Source: an uncultured bacterium (GTDB lineage Bacteria; Zhuqueibacterota; QNDG01; JAGLOF01). From it: a stretch of DNA of 64,000 nucleotides. The notes under the pieces were generated by a model that had not been told where the DNA came from, ran no database searches, and saw only the letters and a list, made by a program, of their open reading frames with translations. The stretch lies in the NCBI GenBank assembly GCA_964621645.1, contig CAZUMH010000003.1, positions 14,485-78,484 of the forward strand, given 5' to 3'. The position numbers and the translations under genes are program-made. Of this stretch, positions 48,081 to 56,689 are shown in pieces; within the stretch, counting starts at the first letter, position 1; each line of letters starts with the position of its first letter.

Positions 48081-48440
48081 TTAAAAGGAAAACGTTAATT
48101 GAGCTCCCTGGGCTTCCGCAATAAAGGTGGTGGCTCCGACTACTTCCGTACCTTCGATGAGATCCTTTTCGGTAAAATTATGAACATCAAAGGCCAATTC
48201 ACAGACTAAAAGCCTGCCACCCAAACTGATCAATCCCTTATATAATTCTATGAGATCAGGAAGCGCCGGCGCCGCATCATTCAATTTTTCAAGAGCTCCT
48301 TTTACCATTGAAGGTGCGCCACCCGGGGTAAAAAACAGGATAACCTCATCACTGCTGGCCGCCGCCGATGATCCTAATATAAAAGGTGGATAGACATTTT
48401 TGCCCTCTGCCCCGTTTACGGTAATCGCCACTTTTGCCAT
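48081..48440 (-). CDS. dsrE: DsrE/DsrF/YchN-like family protein
   Basis: The 119-aa product has the DsrE-like fold and a Cys in LLVCELA. It is adjacent to tusA. Confidence 0.6.
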   Translation of the reverse strand: MAKVAITVNGAEGKNVYPPFILGSSAAASSDEVILFFTPGGAPSMVKGALEKLNDAAPALPDLIELYKGLISLGGRLLVCELAFDVHNFTEKDLIEGTEVVGATTFIAEAQGAQLTFSF

Positions 48441-48482
48441 GACTAGTTTCTCCTTACGCTAAAAATTAATATTAGTTTGACC

Positions 48483-49568
48483 TCACAACTGGTCTTTCGG
48501 GGGATAAAGCGCTTCCCATAAAAGATCGAGTACATTCTTTACCTTTAACCTTCCATTTAACTTTTCAGCAGCATTTTTCAGATTCAATTCGCATGTTGGA
48601 CAAAGTGTGACCAGATACTCAGCCCCCGTTTCCAACGCTTGTTTCACCCGTTTTTCAGCTAACCGATCGGCAAGCTCCCTATCTGTCACAAGTAAGCCCC
48701 CACCTCCGCCGCAACATTGTGCTTCCTTGCCATGTGTCGCCATTTCAACTACTTCAGCTCCGATTTCCTTGAGCAACCATCGAGGCTCATCAACCATTTC
48801 CAGGCCCCGTGCCACATTACAGGGATCATGATACGTCACTTTTACATTGAGTTTATGAATTTTATCCCTCTGATTTGAAAGCCTCTCAACGATTTCGTCA
48901 ATGATATACTTCGACTTTAAATCAGGATATTTTTTCTTGATAAAAAACGCACATGTTGTACAGGCACAAATAATTTCCTCATTTGCGTCTGGAATTGTTT
49001 TTCTGAATTTGTCCTGTTGATTCCGAAATCCATTTTTATCACCCAGCACTCCAAACGGCATGCCACAGCATGTTTCATCAAACGTCTTCGGTTTCACCCC
49101 GAGAATCTCAAGAATTTCCAGGTATTTCCCTGCGTCCTCTTTTCTTTCAAGCAACCGACAGCCGAGTAAAACCGTTTTTTCGCCCTGCGATGCAGGCGCT
49201 TCAAGCCGCTTTCCAAATATATTACCGCTTGTTTCAATTTTATCCAAAAGCTGCTTGTGCGAATCGTAGGAATACCCCGCTTCAAATAAATCTGCTCGTG
49301 CTGCGGATAGAATGTCCGGAATCGAAACACCAGCCGAACATCGCTGCACACAATCTTTGCAAAATGTGCATTGAAACATCTTTTCCGCGATATAGGGTGA
49401 CGGCTCCAGATCATCAACGTACAATCCATAAGCGATTACCACCTTACCCCTTGCACCGTCTACTTCCCACCCCAGATCCTTGAATACAGGACATCCTTCA
49501 AAGCAATAGGCACAGCGGATACATCTGTGCAAGTCATTCTTCCATTCGGCGATATTGTCTGTCTGCAT
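48483..49568 (-). CDS. HdrD/GlcF/GlpC-like FeS protein: N-terminal 2x[4Fe-4S] plus two CCG domains
   Basis: The motifs CIRCAYCFEGCP and CTFCKDCVQRC are present. The CCG motifs are ETCCGMPFG and AQCCGGGGG. Confidence 0.75.
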   Translation of the reverse strand: MQTDNIAEWKNDLHRCIRCAYCFEGCPVFKDLGWEVDGARGKVVIAYGLYVDDLEPSPYIAEKMFQCTFCKDCVQRCSAGVSIPDILSAARADLFEAGYSYDSHKQLLDKIETSGNIFGKRLEAPASQGEKTVLLGCRLLERKEDAGKYLEILEILGVKPKTFDETCCGMPFGVLGDKNGFRNQQDKFRKTIPDANEEIICACTTCAFFIKKKYPDLKSKYIIDEIVERLSNQRDKIHKLNVKVTYHDPCNVARGLEMVDEPRWLLKEIGAEVVEMATHGKEAQCCGGGGGLLVTDRELADRLAEKRVKQALETGAEYLVTLCPTCELNLKNAAEKLNGRLKVKNVLDLLWEALYPPKDQL

Positions 49569-49664
49569 CGAATCCGCCTATTCGATATGATCACTAAACA
49601 TAAAAAACATTGACTGGGACAAACAACGTATTAACAGTATATGCAAATAATAGAATAAATCATT

Positions 49665-49940
49665 TTAAAAAATAACATCTTCTCCCATCATTGTAATAAT
49701 TTGTTTTGCCCAATCGTTTGTGACGGAATAGCAGACCATCGTCCCTTCTCTCTCACCTTTAATAATGCCTGCCTGCTTCAACACTTTTAAATGCTGTGAT
49801 ATTGTTGACTGCGGAAGTCCCAGTTTCTTTTGTATTTCAGATACGTTGCAGCCATCCTGTTTTAATCCGGCGACGATTCTCAACCGTGCAGGATGCGAAA
49901 GCGCTTTTAAAATTTCACTCATTTCGTCAAATCGATCCAT
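49665..49940 (-). CDS. ArsR/SmtB-family transcriptional regulator with two Cys (sHdrR/SoxR-like)
   Basis: The winged HTH reads LSHPARLRIVAGL...VSEIQKKLGLPQSTISQHLKVL. Cys residues occur in DGCNV and MVCY. It is the first gene of the run. Confidence 0.8.
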   Translation of the reverse strand: MDRFDEMSEILKALSHPARLRIVAGLKQDGCNVSEIQKKLGLPQSTISQHLKVLKQAGIIKGEREGTMVCYSVTNDWAKQIITMMGEDVIF

Positions 49941-49985
49941 CAGCTTATTGTACTCTTTGTAATATATGTGATATCTTTTTTCTGC

Positions 49986-50516
49986 TTACACCTGTATCTT
50001 CTTTCCGAATTCATAGCCCTCTTCAAATGCCTTCATATTTTTATCAATAAATCTTTCAGGAACGGATTCCGGAATTGTCTTTCTCATCGCTTCCAGGGAG
50101 ACAACTCCTGTTGTGGCCGTTACAAATCCAAGCATCACCACGTTAGCAAAAATTCTATGACCCGTCTGTTCGGCAATCCGGGTTGAAGGTATGGAAAGAA
50201 TTTTCTTTTTTGTGTCGGTCTCCACCAAATCCTCATCGATAATGATCACCCCGTTATCCTTGACTTCTGGTTCAAATTTATTGTATCCCTCCTGAGACAT
50301 TGCTATTAAAAAATCTGTTTTTACGACATAGGGATACAATATTTTTTTATCAGAGACGACAAGCTGCGAGCTGCACGCGCCTCCCCTTGCTTCCGGTCCA
50401 AAGGACTGATTCATTGTGGCGAATCCCTCATCATAAATGGATACTGCCCTTCCTACAATAATCCCTGAACGGATTATTCCCTGCCCTCCGAATCCTGCAA
50501 ATCTCATTTCAGTCAT
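49986..50516 (-). CDS. 2-oxoacid:ferredoxin oxidoreductase gamma subunit
   Basis: The N-terminus FAGFGGQGIIRSGIIVGRA matches the Por/Kor gamma family. Confidence 0.85.
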   Translation of the reverse strand: MTEMRFAGFGGQGIIRSGIIVGRAVSIYDEGFATMNQSFGPEARGGACSSQLVVSDKKILYPYVVKTDFLIAMSQEGYNKFEPEVKDNGVIIIDEDLVETDTKKKILSIPSTRIAEQTGHRIFANVVMLGFVTATTGVVSLEAMRKTIPESVPERFIDKNMKAFEEGYEFGKKIQV

Positions 50517-50541
50517 GTGTAATTTCCCGCTTTATCTTGAG

Positions 50542-51261
50542 TTAAACTTCAATTTTTATGAATTTTTCGCCGATAACATCAGAAAGCTGCTTGTTGTACG
50601 ATTCGATGAATGTCGGTCTCTCCCTCTCAAAAAATTTCCCAAGGATTATTTTTTTATCGCTCTCAATTACGACATCATTAGTATCCGCATCATTGTTTAT
50701 TTCCGAGTGATCGCGGTAGAACTCAAGCAATTCAGGAGGAGGAGAAATCACATCAATGACGGAAAGGCCCGCTTTCTTTAAAGCGTCAGTTATCGAATTT
50801 GCCAATTCATTGGTGTGCAATGGTGTCCATCTGGCCACGTAGACGCTGCCGCAGGACCTTGCCATATGAGGAATATTTAACGGGTTTTCAAACAATAGGT
50901 ACGGCGAAAAAATAATTTGATCGACGTTCCCGGGGGCCTTCTCTTCGTCAACCTCCCGATAGAGAAAGTTATTAACGCAGATCACCATGATATCCATGTT
51001 CCTTCGGCAGGCATGCACAAAATGATTACCCCCCAGTGTTGCCATGTCCCCAATGAACACCACTGGTTTTAACATCGGATTCGATAGCTTCATTCCCGTC
51101 GCAAATGGGATTGCCCTGCCTCTTGATGTATGAAAGAAATCTATGCCCAGATAATCAATGGTATCGGGGCTGTAGGGAATATCCGTGACCATGCATACTC
51201 TTTGTCGCTCTATCCCAGAACTGTCAATTCCTCGATTAAAAGCTTCAATAGTTTTATCCAT
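50542..51261 (-). CDS. 2-oxoacid:ferredoxin oxidoreductase beta subunit (TPP-binding), copy 2
   Basis: The TPP motif GDMATLGGNHFVHACRRNMDIMVICVNN is present. Size is 239 aa. Confidence 0.85.
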   Translation of the reverse strand: MDKTIEAFNRGIDSSGIERQRVCMVTDIPYSPDTIDYLGIDFFHTSRGRAIPFATGMKLSNPMLKPVVFIGDMATLGGNHFVHACRRNMDIMVICVNNFLYREVDEEKAPGNVDQIIFSPYLLFENPLNIPHMARSCGSVYVARWTPLHTNELANSITDALKKAGLSVIDVISPPPELLEFYRDHSEINNDADTNDVVIESDKKIILGKFFERERPTFIESYNKQLSDVIGEKFIKIEV

Positions 51262-51279
51262 TATATCCCTGCCAAATAA

Positions 51280-52572
51280 TTAATGTTTTTCTGCCAGGCT
51301 TCCACCGAAAACCGAACGTTCCAGAGTCGTGGTAAATTCAAAAACTCCCTGATATCGTTTATTTTCGGTGGCTATCTGTTTTATCGCCTTATAAATATCA
51401 TCCGGATTATGAACCGACCCGCCTCCATGGGGAACGAGAATAACATTGGCATTTCCGTGACTGCACCTGTCCACCTCAAAAACAACCTGACCATAGTTGA
51501 TCTCGGGAACCACAAATCCCTTTACTTTTTTAGCAAGTTGAGCTATTCTCTCTTCTGGGAATGGCCAGATTGTGATCAGGCGAAGCGTGCCGACCTTTAA
51601 TCCCTCCGAGCGGGCCTGTTTCACCGCTCTGTAAGCTACCCTGGACGTGATTCCGTATGAGACGACGACAACATCGGCGTCTTCAATATTTTCTTCCTGG
51701 ATTTCGATGATATCATCCCTGTTCTTCCGGATTTTATCAACCAGGAATTGATTCGTCGATTTCTTATGCAGCACTGCAGCCTTTTCTAAATCGGGAAGTG
51801 ATTTTCCGTCCAAAATGGGATGCCCGCTCTCGTCGTGGGTTAATCCGGTGATATAGATCTTATAGCCGTCTCCCGCTTTTACGAGGGCAGGGACAAGATC
51901 TTTATCTCTTTTATATGGTTTGTATTCTTCTTTCGGACCGGTATAAAACCGCCGCGGCTCCAATTCAATTTCAGAAGCCTCTGGAATCACCACCTTCTCC
52001 GTCATATGCCCCACACACTCATCGGCCATCAGCATCACCGGCACACGGTAACGCTCGGCCAGATTAAACGCTTTAATTGCAAACTCAAATCCTTCCTGCG
52101 GGGAATCGGGCGCCAGGGCTATTACTTCATAATCGCCATTGGCACCCCATCTGGACTGCATAATATCCGCCTGTCCGGTATTGGTCGGTACACCGGTGGA
52201 AGGACCGCCCCGCTGAACATTGATAATCACAAAAGGAATCTCCATGGCCGCGCCAAGACCGATATTTTCCATCATGAGGGAATAGCCGGGTCCGGACGTG
52301 ATGGTCATAGATTTTTGTCCTCCCCACGAGGCGCCCAACACAGAAGCGATTGAACCTAGTTCGTCCTCCATTTGGATAAATCTGGCCCCAGCACGAGGCG
52401 CTATTTTCGCAAACGCTTCTGCAGCCTCGGTGGAAGGCGTTATCGGATATCCGCCTAAAAATTTGCACCCGGCAGCGAGGGCGCCGTAAGCCATCGCCAC
52501 ATCGCCATCAATATAATAGATACCCGTTAAAACATCCCGCGGATTTGCTTTCAATCTATGCCTCCCTGTCAA
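51280..52572 (-). CDS. 2-oxoacid:ferredoxin oxidoreductase alpha subunit, copy 2
   Basis: The 430-aa product belongs to the Por/Kor alpha family and is a paralog of 53420-54586. Confidence 0.85.
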   Translation of the reverse strand: MTGRHRLKANPRDVLTGIYYIDGDVAMAYGALAAGCKFLGGYPITPSTEAAEAFAKIAPRAGARFIQMEDELGSIASVLGASWGGQKSMTITSGPGYSLMMENIGLGAAMEIPFVIINVQRGGPSTGVPTNTGQADIMQSRWGANGDYEVIALAPDSPQEGFEFAIKAFNLAERYRVPVMLMADECVGHMTEKVVIPEASEIELEPRRFYTGPKEEYKPYKRDKDLVPALVKAGDGYKIYITGLTHDESGHPILDGKSLPDLEKAAVLHKKSTNQFLVDKIRKNRDDIIEIQEENIEDADVVVVSYGITSRVAYRAVKQARSEGLKVGTLRLITIWPFPEERIAQLAKKVKGFVVPEINYGQVVFEVDRCSHGNANVILVPHGGGSVHNPDDIYKAIKQIATENKRYQGVFEFTTTLERSVFGGSLAEKH

Positions 52573-52581
52573 TCCTGTCCT

Positions 52582-53412
52582 TTATTTCTTCTGCCAACTT
52601 TTCAATGACTCAGAAAACGTGGGCCTCTCTCTGTCAATAAATTTTCCCACGATGATTTCTTTTTGATAATCGATATCCAGATTGTCGGTCGACTCGCCAT
52701 GTCTGATGGTAGAATTTTCATAATAAAATTTCATCATGTCGAGTCCGTCGCCCAACTTGTTGATTCTGGAATAGTACATTGCACACGGTGAAATGACCTC
52801 GACGACGGAAAATCCCGGTCTGTTAAACGCTTCGACGATTGATTCGGCCAATCGGCGCATATGCAGAGCCGTCCATCTTGCCACATAGACCGCACCCGCC
52901 GCCTCGGCCAACCGAGGAATGTTCGCGGGAGCTTCAAAATTTCCGAACGGAGAAGTCGTTGTGTATGCGGGCATGGGTGTGGTGGGAGCCACCTGGCCTC
53001 CCGTCATGGCGTAAATAAAATTATTGACGAGAATGACCGTCAGGTCAATATTCCTTCGTGCCGCGTGAACGAAATGATTTCCGCCGATGGAAACCAGATC
53101 TCCGTCACCCGAAATAACCGCGACCTTCAAGTCTGGATTACCGAGTTTTATCCCTGTCGCAAAGGGAATGGCCCGACCATGGGTTGTGTGAAAAGAATCG
53201 ACTTTAATATATCCCGCGACTCTCCCTGTGCAACCGATTCCGGACACCACGCACAGCTTATCCAAATCAAATTCCAATTTGCTCAACGCTTCGGCGAACG
53301 CGCTGACCGCATTGCCTATCCCGCAGCCGGGACACCATATATGTGGTATCCTGTCCATCCGAAGTAAAGAATCCATCGGATGCGCTTTTTCTTTCAGTTG
53401 GATTGATTCCAT
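52582..53412 (-). CDS. 2-oxoacid:ferredoxin oxidoreductase beta subunit (TPP-binding), copy 1
   Basis: The motifs IPHIWCPGCGIG and GDGDLVSIGGNHFVHAARRN are present. Confidence 0.85.
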   Translation of the reverse strand: MESIQLKEKAHPMDSLLRMDRIPHIWCPGCGIGNAVSAFAEALSKLEFDLDKLCVVSGIGCTGRVAGYIKVDSFHTTHGRAIPFATGIKLGNPDLKVAVISGDGDLVSIGGNHFVHAARRNIDLTVILVNNFIYAMTGGQVAPTTPMPAYTTTSPFGNFEAPANIPRLAEAAGAVYVARWTALHMRRLAESIVEAFNRPGFSVVEVISPCAMYYSRINKLGDGLDMMKFYYENSTIRHGESTDNLDIDYQKEIIVGKFIDRERPTFSESLKSWQKK

Positions 53413-53419
53413 CTTACGC

Positions 53420-54586
53420 CTATTTTTTTACCAGTTTTTTAATTGATTTAAGAATATCGTCCGACTCTCCGATCTTGTCCGATGGATGGTTCAGTGAGTA
53501 AGTCACGGCCTCTCCTCTGCTGCACCGTTCGACTTCAAGAGAGATTTGTCCGAAATTGATTTCAGGGACGATAAAACCATCTATTTTTTTCGCAAGTTCC
53601 GCTATTCTCTTCTCCGCAAAGGGCCAAACCGTAATAAGCCGCAGGTGACCCGCCTTCACACCCTCCTTCCTGGCCTGCTGCACTGCTTCGTGTGCATCCT
53701 TCGACGCAATCCCATATGATACGACGATGACATCTGCGTCCTCTGTCTGGCTCTCTTCTACATCCACTATCTGATCGGTAAACATTCTGATTTTATTCAC
53801 CAGCCGGTGGACATTCCACTCCTGGCATTCGTCGTTCATGACAGGATATCCCCGCTGGTCATGGGTCAGTCCCGTCACATGAAACCGGTATCCCTGGCTG
53901 ATATCGACCATTGGAGGGACAAGATCCTTTTTATCATATGCAAAAGGCAGGTAATTGTCTTTTGCCCCTGTAAAATATTTTCTTTTTTCGACTTTGATAT
54001 CCTTTGGATCCGGGATCTCAACCTCACCTTCCAGTTTTCCGACGCCAACATCTGACATGACCATGACAGGAGTTCGATACTTTTCTGAGAGACTGAAAGC
54101 CCTGACAGTCAAATCGAACATTTCTTGTGGAGAATTTGGAGCGACAGCGATTATCTCATAATCACCATGAGAGCCCCAACGAGCCTGCATGATGTCTCCC
54201 GCTCCCGCGACATTCGGCAGCCCCTCGGAGACACCATCGTGTTGAATATCGACGATGACACACGGAGTTTCAAGCATCACTCCGAGACCAACGTGTTCCA
54301 TCATCTGAGAGAGTCCCGACCCGGATGTTACTGTCATGGATTTCTTCCCCGTCCAAGAGGCTCCCAAAACAGCGGCAAGAGCCGAGATCTCATCCTCCAT
54401 CTGAATAAATATACCATCGACATCTGAGGATCTCTCGATAAACCTCTTCACAATCTCAAAGGAAGGTCTAATGGGATAGTATCCTAAAAACCGGCATCCG
54501 GCTGCTATGGCTCCCTCGGCACAGGCTTGATACCCACTCAGCTGCTGTTTCCCCGTTAATACAGCTTTTAGATCTGCTTTCAACAA
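53420..54586 (-). CDS. 2-oxoacid:ferredoxin oxidoreductase alpha subunit, copy 1
   Basis: The 388-aa product belongs to the Por/Kor alpha family. Confidence 0.85.
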   Translation of the reverse strand: MLKADLKAVLTGKQQLSGYQACAEGAIAAGCRFLGYYPIRPSFEIVKRFIERSSDVDGIFIQMEDEISALAAVLGASWTGKKSMTVTSGSGLSQMMEHVGLGVMLETPCVIVDIQHDGVSEGLPNVAGAGDIMQARWGSHGDYEIIAVAPNSPQEMFDLTVRAFSLSEKYRTPVMVMSDVGVGKLEGEVEIPDPKDIKVEKRKYFTGAKDNYLPFAYDKKDLVPPMVDISQGYRFHVTGLTHDQRGYPVMNDECQEWNVHRLVNKIRMFTDQIVDVEESQTEDADVIVVSYGIASKDAHEAVQQARKEGVKAGHLRLITVWPFAEKRIAELAKKIDGFIVPEINFGQISLEVERCSRGEAVTYSLNHPSDKIGESDDILKSIKKLVKK

Positions 54587-54647
54587 TATCCCCTTTACCT
54601 TAATTTAATATATCTAATAATATAATTCTCTTCATTCCAGTCCATCA

Positions 54648-54956
54648 TCAACTCTCCACGGCTGCCTTTTGGGTTTTTTCCTGCTCTTGTGGTTGTGGTT
54701 TCCCCACTAAAAAGATGGCAAAATCAGGGCATATCATTTGACAAAAACCGCAATCCGCACAACCATCTCCATTGACTATTTCGGGAGGATGATACCCTTT
54801 TGAATTATATCGTTCGGACGTCTCGAGCACATCATTGGGACAATATTCCACACAAAAACCGCATCCCTTGCACCGATCCTCGATGATGACAATCTCTCCA
54901 CAAGGAGTAACAGGTTTGTCAAAGCCGAAAGGTCTTTCTCTGTATCGTATACGCAT
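54648..54956 (-). CDS. 2-oxoacid:ferredoxin oxidoreductase delta subunit (2x[4Fe-4S] ferredoxin)
   Basis: The ferredoxin motifs CKGCGFCVEYCP and CADCGFCQMICP are present. Size is 102 aa. Confidence 0.8.
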   Translation of the reverse strand: MRIRYRERPFGFDKPVTPCGEIVIIEDRCKGCGFCVEYCPNDVLETSERYNSKGYHPPEIVNGDGCADCGFCQMICPDFAIFLVGKPQPQEQEKTQKAAVES

Positions 54957-54977
54957 GAGGCCACCTATGTAAAATAA

Positions 54978-56651
54978 TTACCGCAACGTGCCCACATAAT
55001 TGGTTGTCAATTGTTTCTTTCGAACATCGGGGTTACTGTAATCCGGTAAAATCATGGGAGATACCCGTCCGCCGGTTTTAACCCCTGTCTTATCCAGCTC
55101 ATTATGATATTTCTTCACATGTTCCAAGCTCAGTTTCCCGTCTTTAAATTTATTTTTTATATACTCCGCAGCCGTCACACCGGCTATTCTGCCGAACACC
55201 GTCACATCCAGGAGGGAATTACCCATGAGTCTGTTCTCTCCATGAACTCCTCCGCTGACCTCTCCGCCGACGATAAGGCCGGGCACGATGGTCTCACATT
55301 TACTGTTTATCTCAAGGCCCCCATTCTGGTAATGAAGTGTGGGGAACACCAGCATGGGTTCCTTGGTAATATCGATCCCGTACCTGTGAAAGAGAATCCA
55401 CTTTCCAGGGAACTCCTTGCGCACATACCCTTCTCCTTTAAGGAGGTCAATCATCGGAGAATCCAGCCACACACCGAATTTGCCTGTCGGAGTGGGAATT
55501 CCCTTGTTGCGAACGGTACATTCCCTAATAAAAGCCGAGGCTTCGACATCTCGGGGCTCCCGTTCGTATACAAACTGTTCCCCATCGATGTTGACGACAT
55601 TCGCGCCTGCTCCTCTAAACTTTTCCGTAATCAGCAACCCTTCAGCCTGCTCAGGGAATACGGCTCCAGTGGGATGATACTGCACCGTATGTAAAAATTT
55701 GATGGGAACCCCGGCACGATAGCCGATGATCAAACCATCGCCAGTGGCTCCGTAATGATTGGTCGTCATGAAATCCTGGATATGAAGCCTGCCCGAACCG
55801 CCGGTGGCGATGATGGTGGCCTTTGCTTTTACAATAAGATATTCCTCGGTTTCCAGATTATAGAGAACGGCTCCGGCACAAGCGCCCTTGTCATTCAGGA
55901 TCAACTCTATCGCCGGCGAGAATTCCAGAACCTTGATATCAGCGGGATGATTCCTTGCCTCATCCCGTATCGTCCGCATGATCTCCGCTCCGGTAATATC
56001 TCCCGCGTAGTGCATTCGTTTCCGGGACGTGCCACCGCCGTGAAGCGTCTTGAACCGTCCCTCCTCAGACTTGGAAAACATCGCACCCAGTTTATCAAGC
56101 CACTGCATGACTTTGGGAGCTTCTGTTACAAGAGTCTCGACCAGCTCGGGATCATTCTTAAAGTGCCCCCCACCTATTACATCCAGATAGTGATAATATG
56201 GCGAATCTTTACCACTCTTGGTCGCCGCCTGGATGCCGCCTTCGGCCATCATCGTATTGGCATCGCCATGCCGGAGTTTTGTGGCGATGATCACTTTGAC
56301 TCCCTTCTCCCGCGCCATAAGGGCCGCAGAAGTCCCTGCTCCGCCACCGCCGATAATCAAGACATCCGTTTCAAAATCAGGATTGGAAAGGTCCAGCAGA
56401 TCTGGGTCAATCCTGCTTTTAGCATGCAGAAGGTCGACGATTTCGTTGGAAATCTTGTATCCCTTATTAGGCCCAACCTTAATCTCGGAACGTCCTTCCT
56501 GCTTAAAATCGGGATGATACTTTAATATATCCTCCCTCTCTTCGAGAGACATGGCCGGAAACTCTTTCCCCTGTTTCTTCATTTCCACCCTGGCCGGCCG
56601 CGTCTTCTCCACAACTTTGATTAATTTTTTCAACTCTGGTGTGTATGGCAT
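54978..56651 (-). CDS. Fumarate reductase/succinate dehydrogenase-family FAD flavoprotein with ~90-aa N-terminal extension
   Basis: The FAD site VLIIGGGGAGTSAALMA, the motif AEGGIQAA and the substrate-site motif QYHPTG (FrdA HPT) are present. It lacks a membrane anchor partner. Confidence 0.75.
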   Translation of the reverse strand: MPYTPELKKLIKVVEKTRPARVEMKKQGKEFPAMSLEEREDILKYHPDFKQEGRSEIKVGPNKGYKISNEIVDLLHAKSRIDPDLLDLSNPDFETDVLIIGGGGAGTSAALMAREKGVKVIIATKLRHGDANTMMAEGGIQAATKSGKDSPYYHYLDVIGGGHFKNDPELVETLVTEAPKVMQWLDKLGAMFSKSEEGRFKTLHGGGTSRKRMHYAGDITGAEIMRTIRDEARNHPADIKVLEFSPAIELILNDKGACAGAVLYNLETEEYLIVKAKATIIATGGSGRLHIQDFMTTNHYGATGDGLIIGYRAGVPIKFLHTVQYHPTGAVFPEQAEGLLITEKFRGAGANVVNIDGEQFVYEREPRDVEASAFIRECTVRNKGIPTPTGKFGVWLDSPMIDLLKGEGYVRKEFPGKWILFHRYGIDITKEPMLVFPTLHYQNGGLEINSKCETIVPGLIVGGEVSGGVHGENRLMGNSLLDVTVFGRIAGVTAAEYIKNKFKDGKLSLEHVKKYHNELDKTGVKTGGRVSPMILPDYSNPDVRKKQLTTNYVGTLR

Positions 56652-56689
56652 GATCCCGTCTCCATCAATGTATTCTATAGCCTTGTAAC

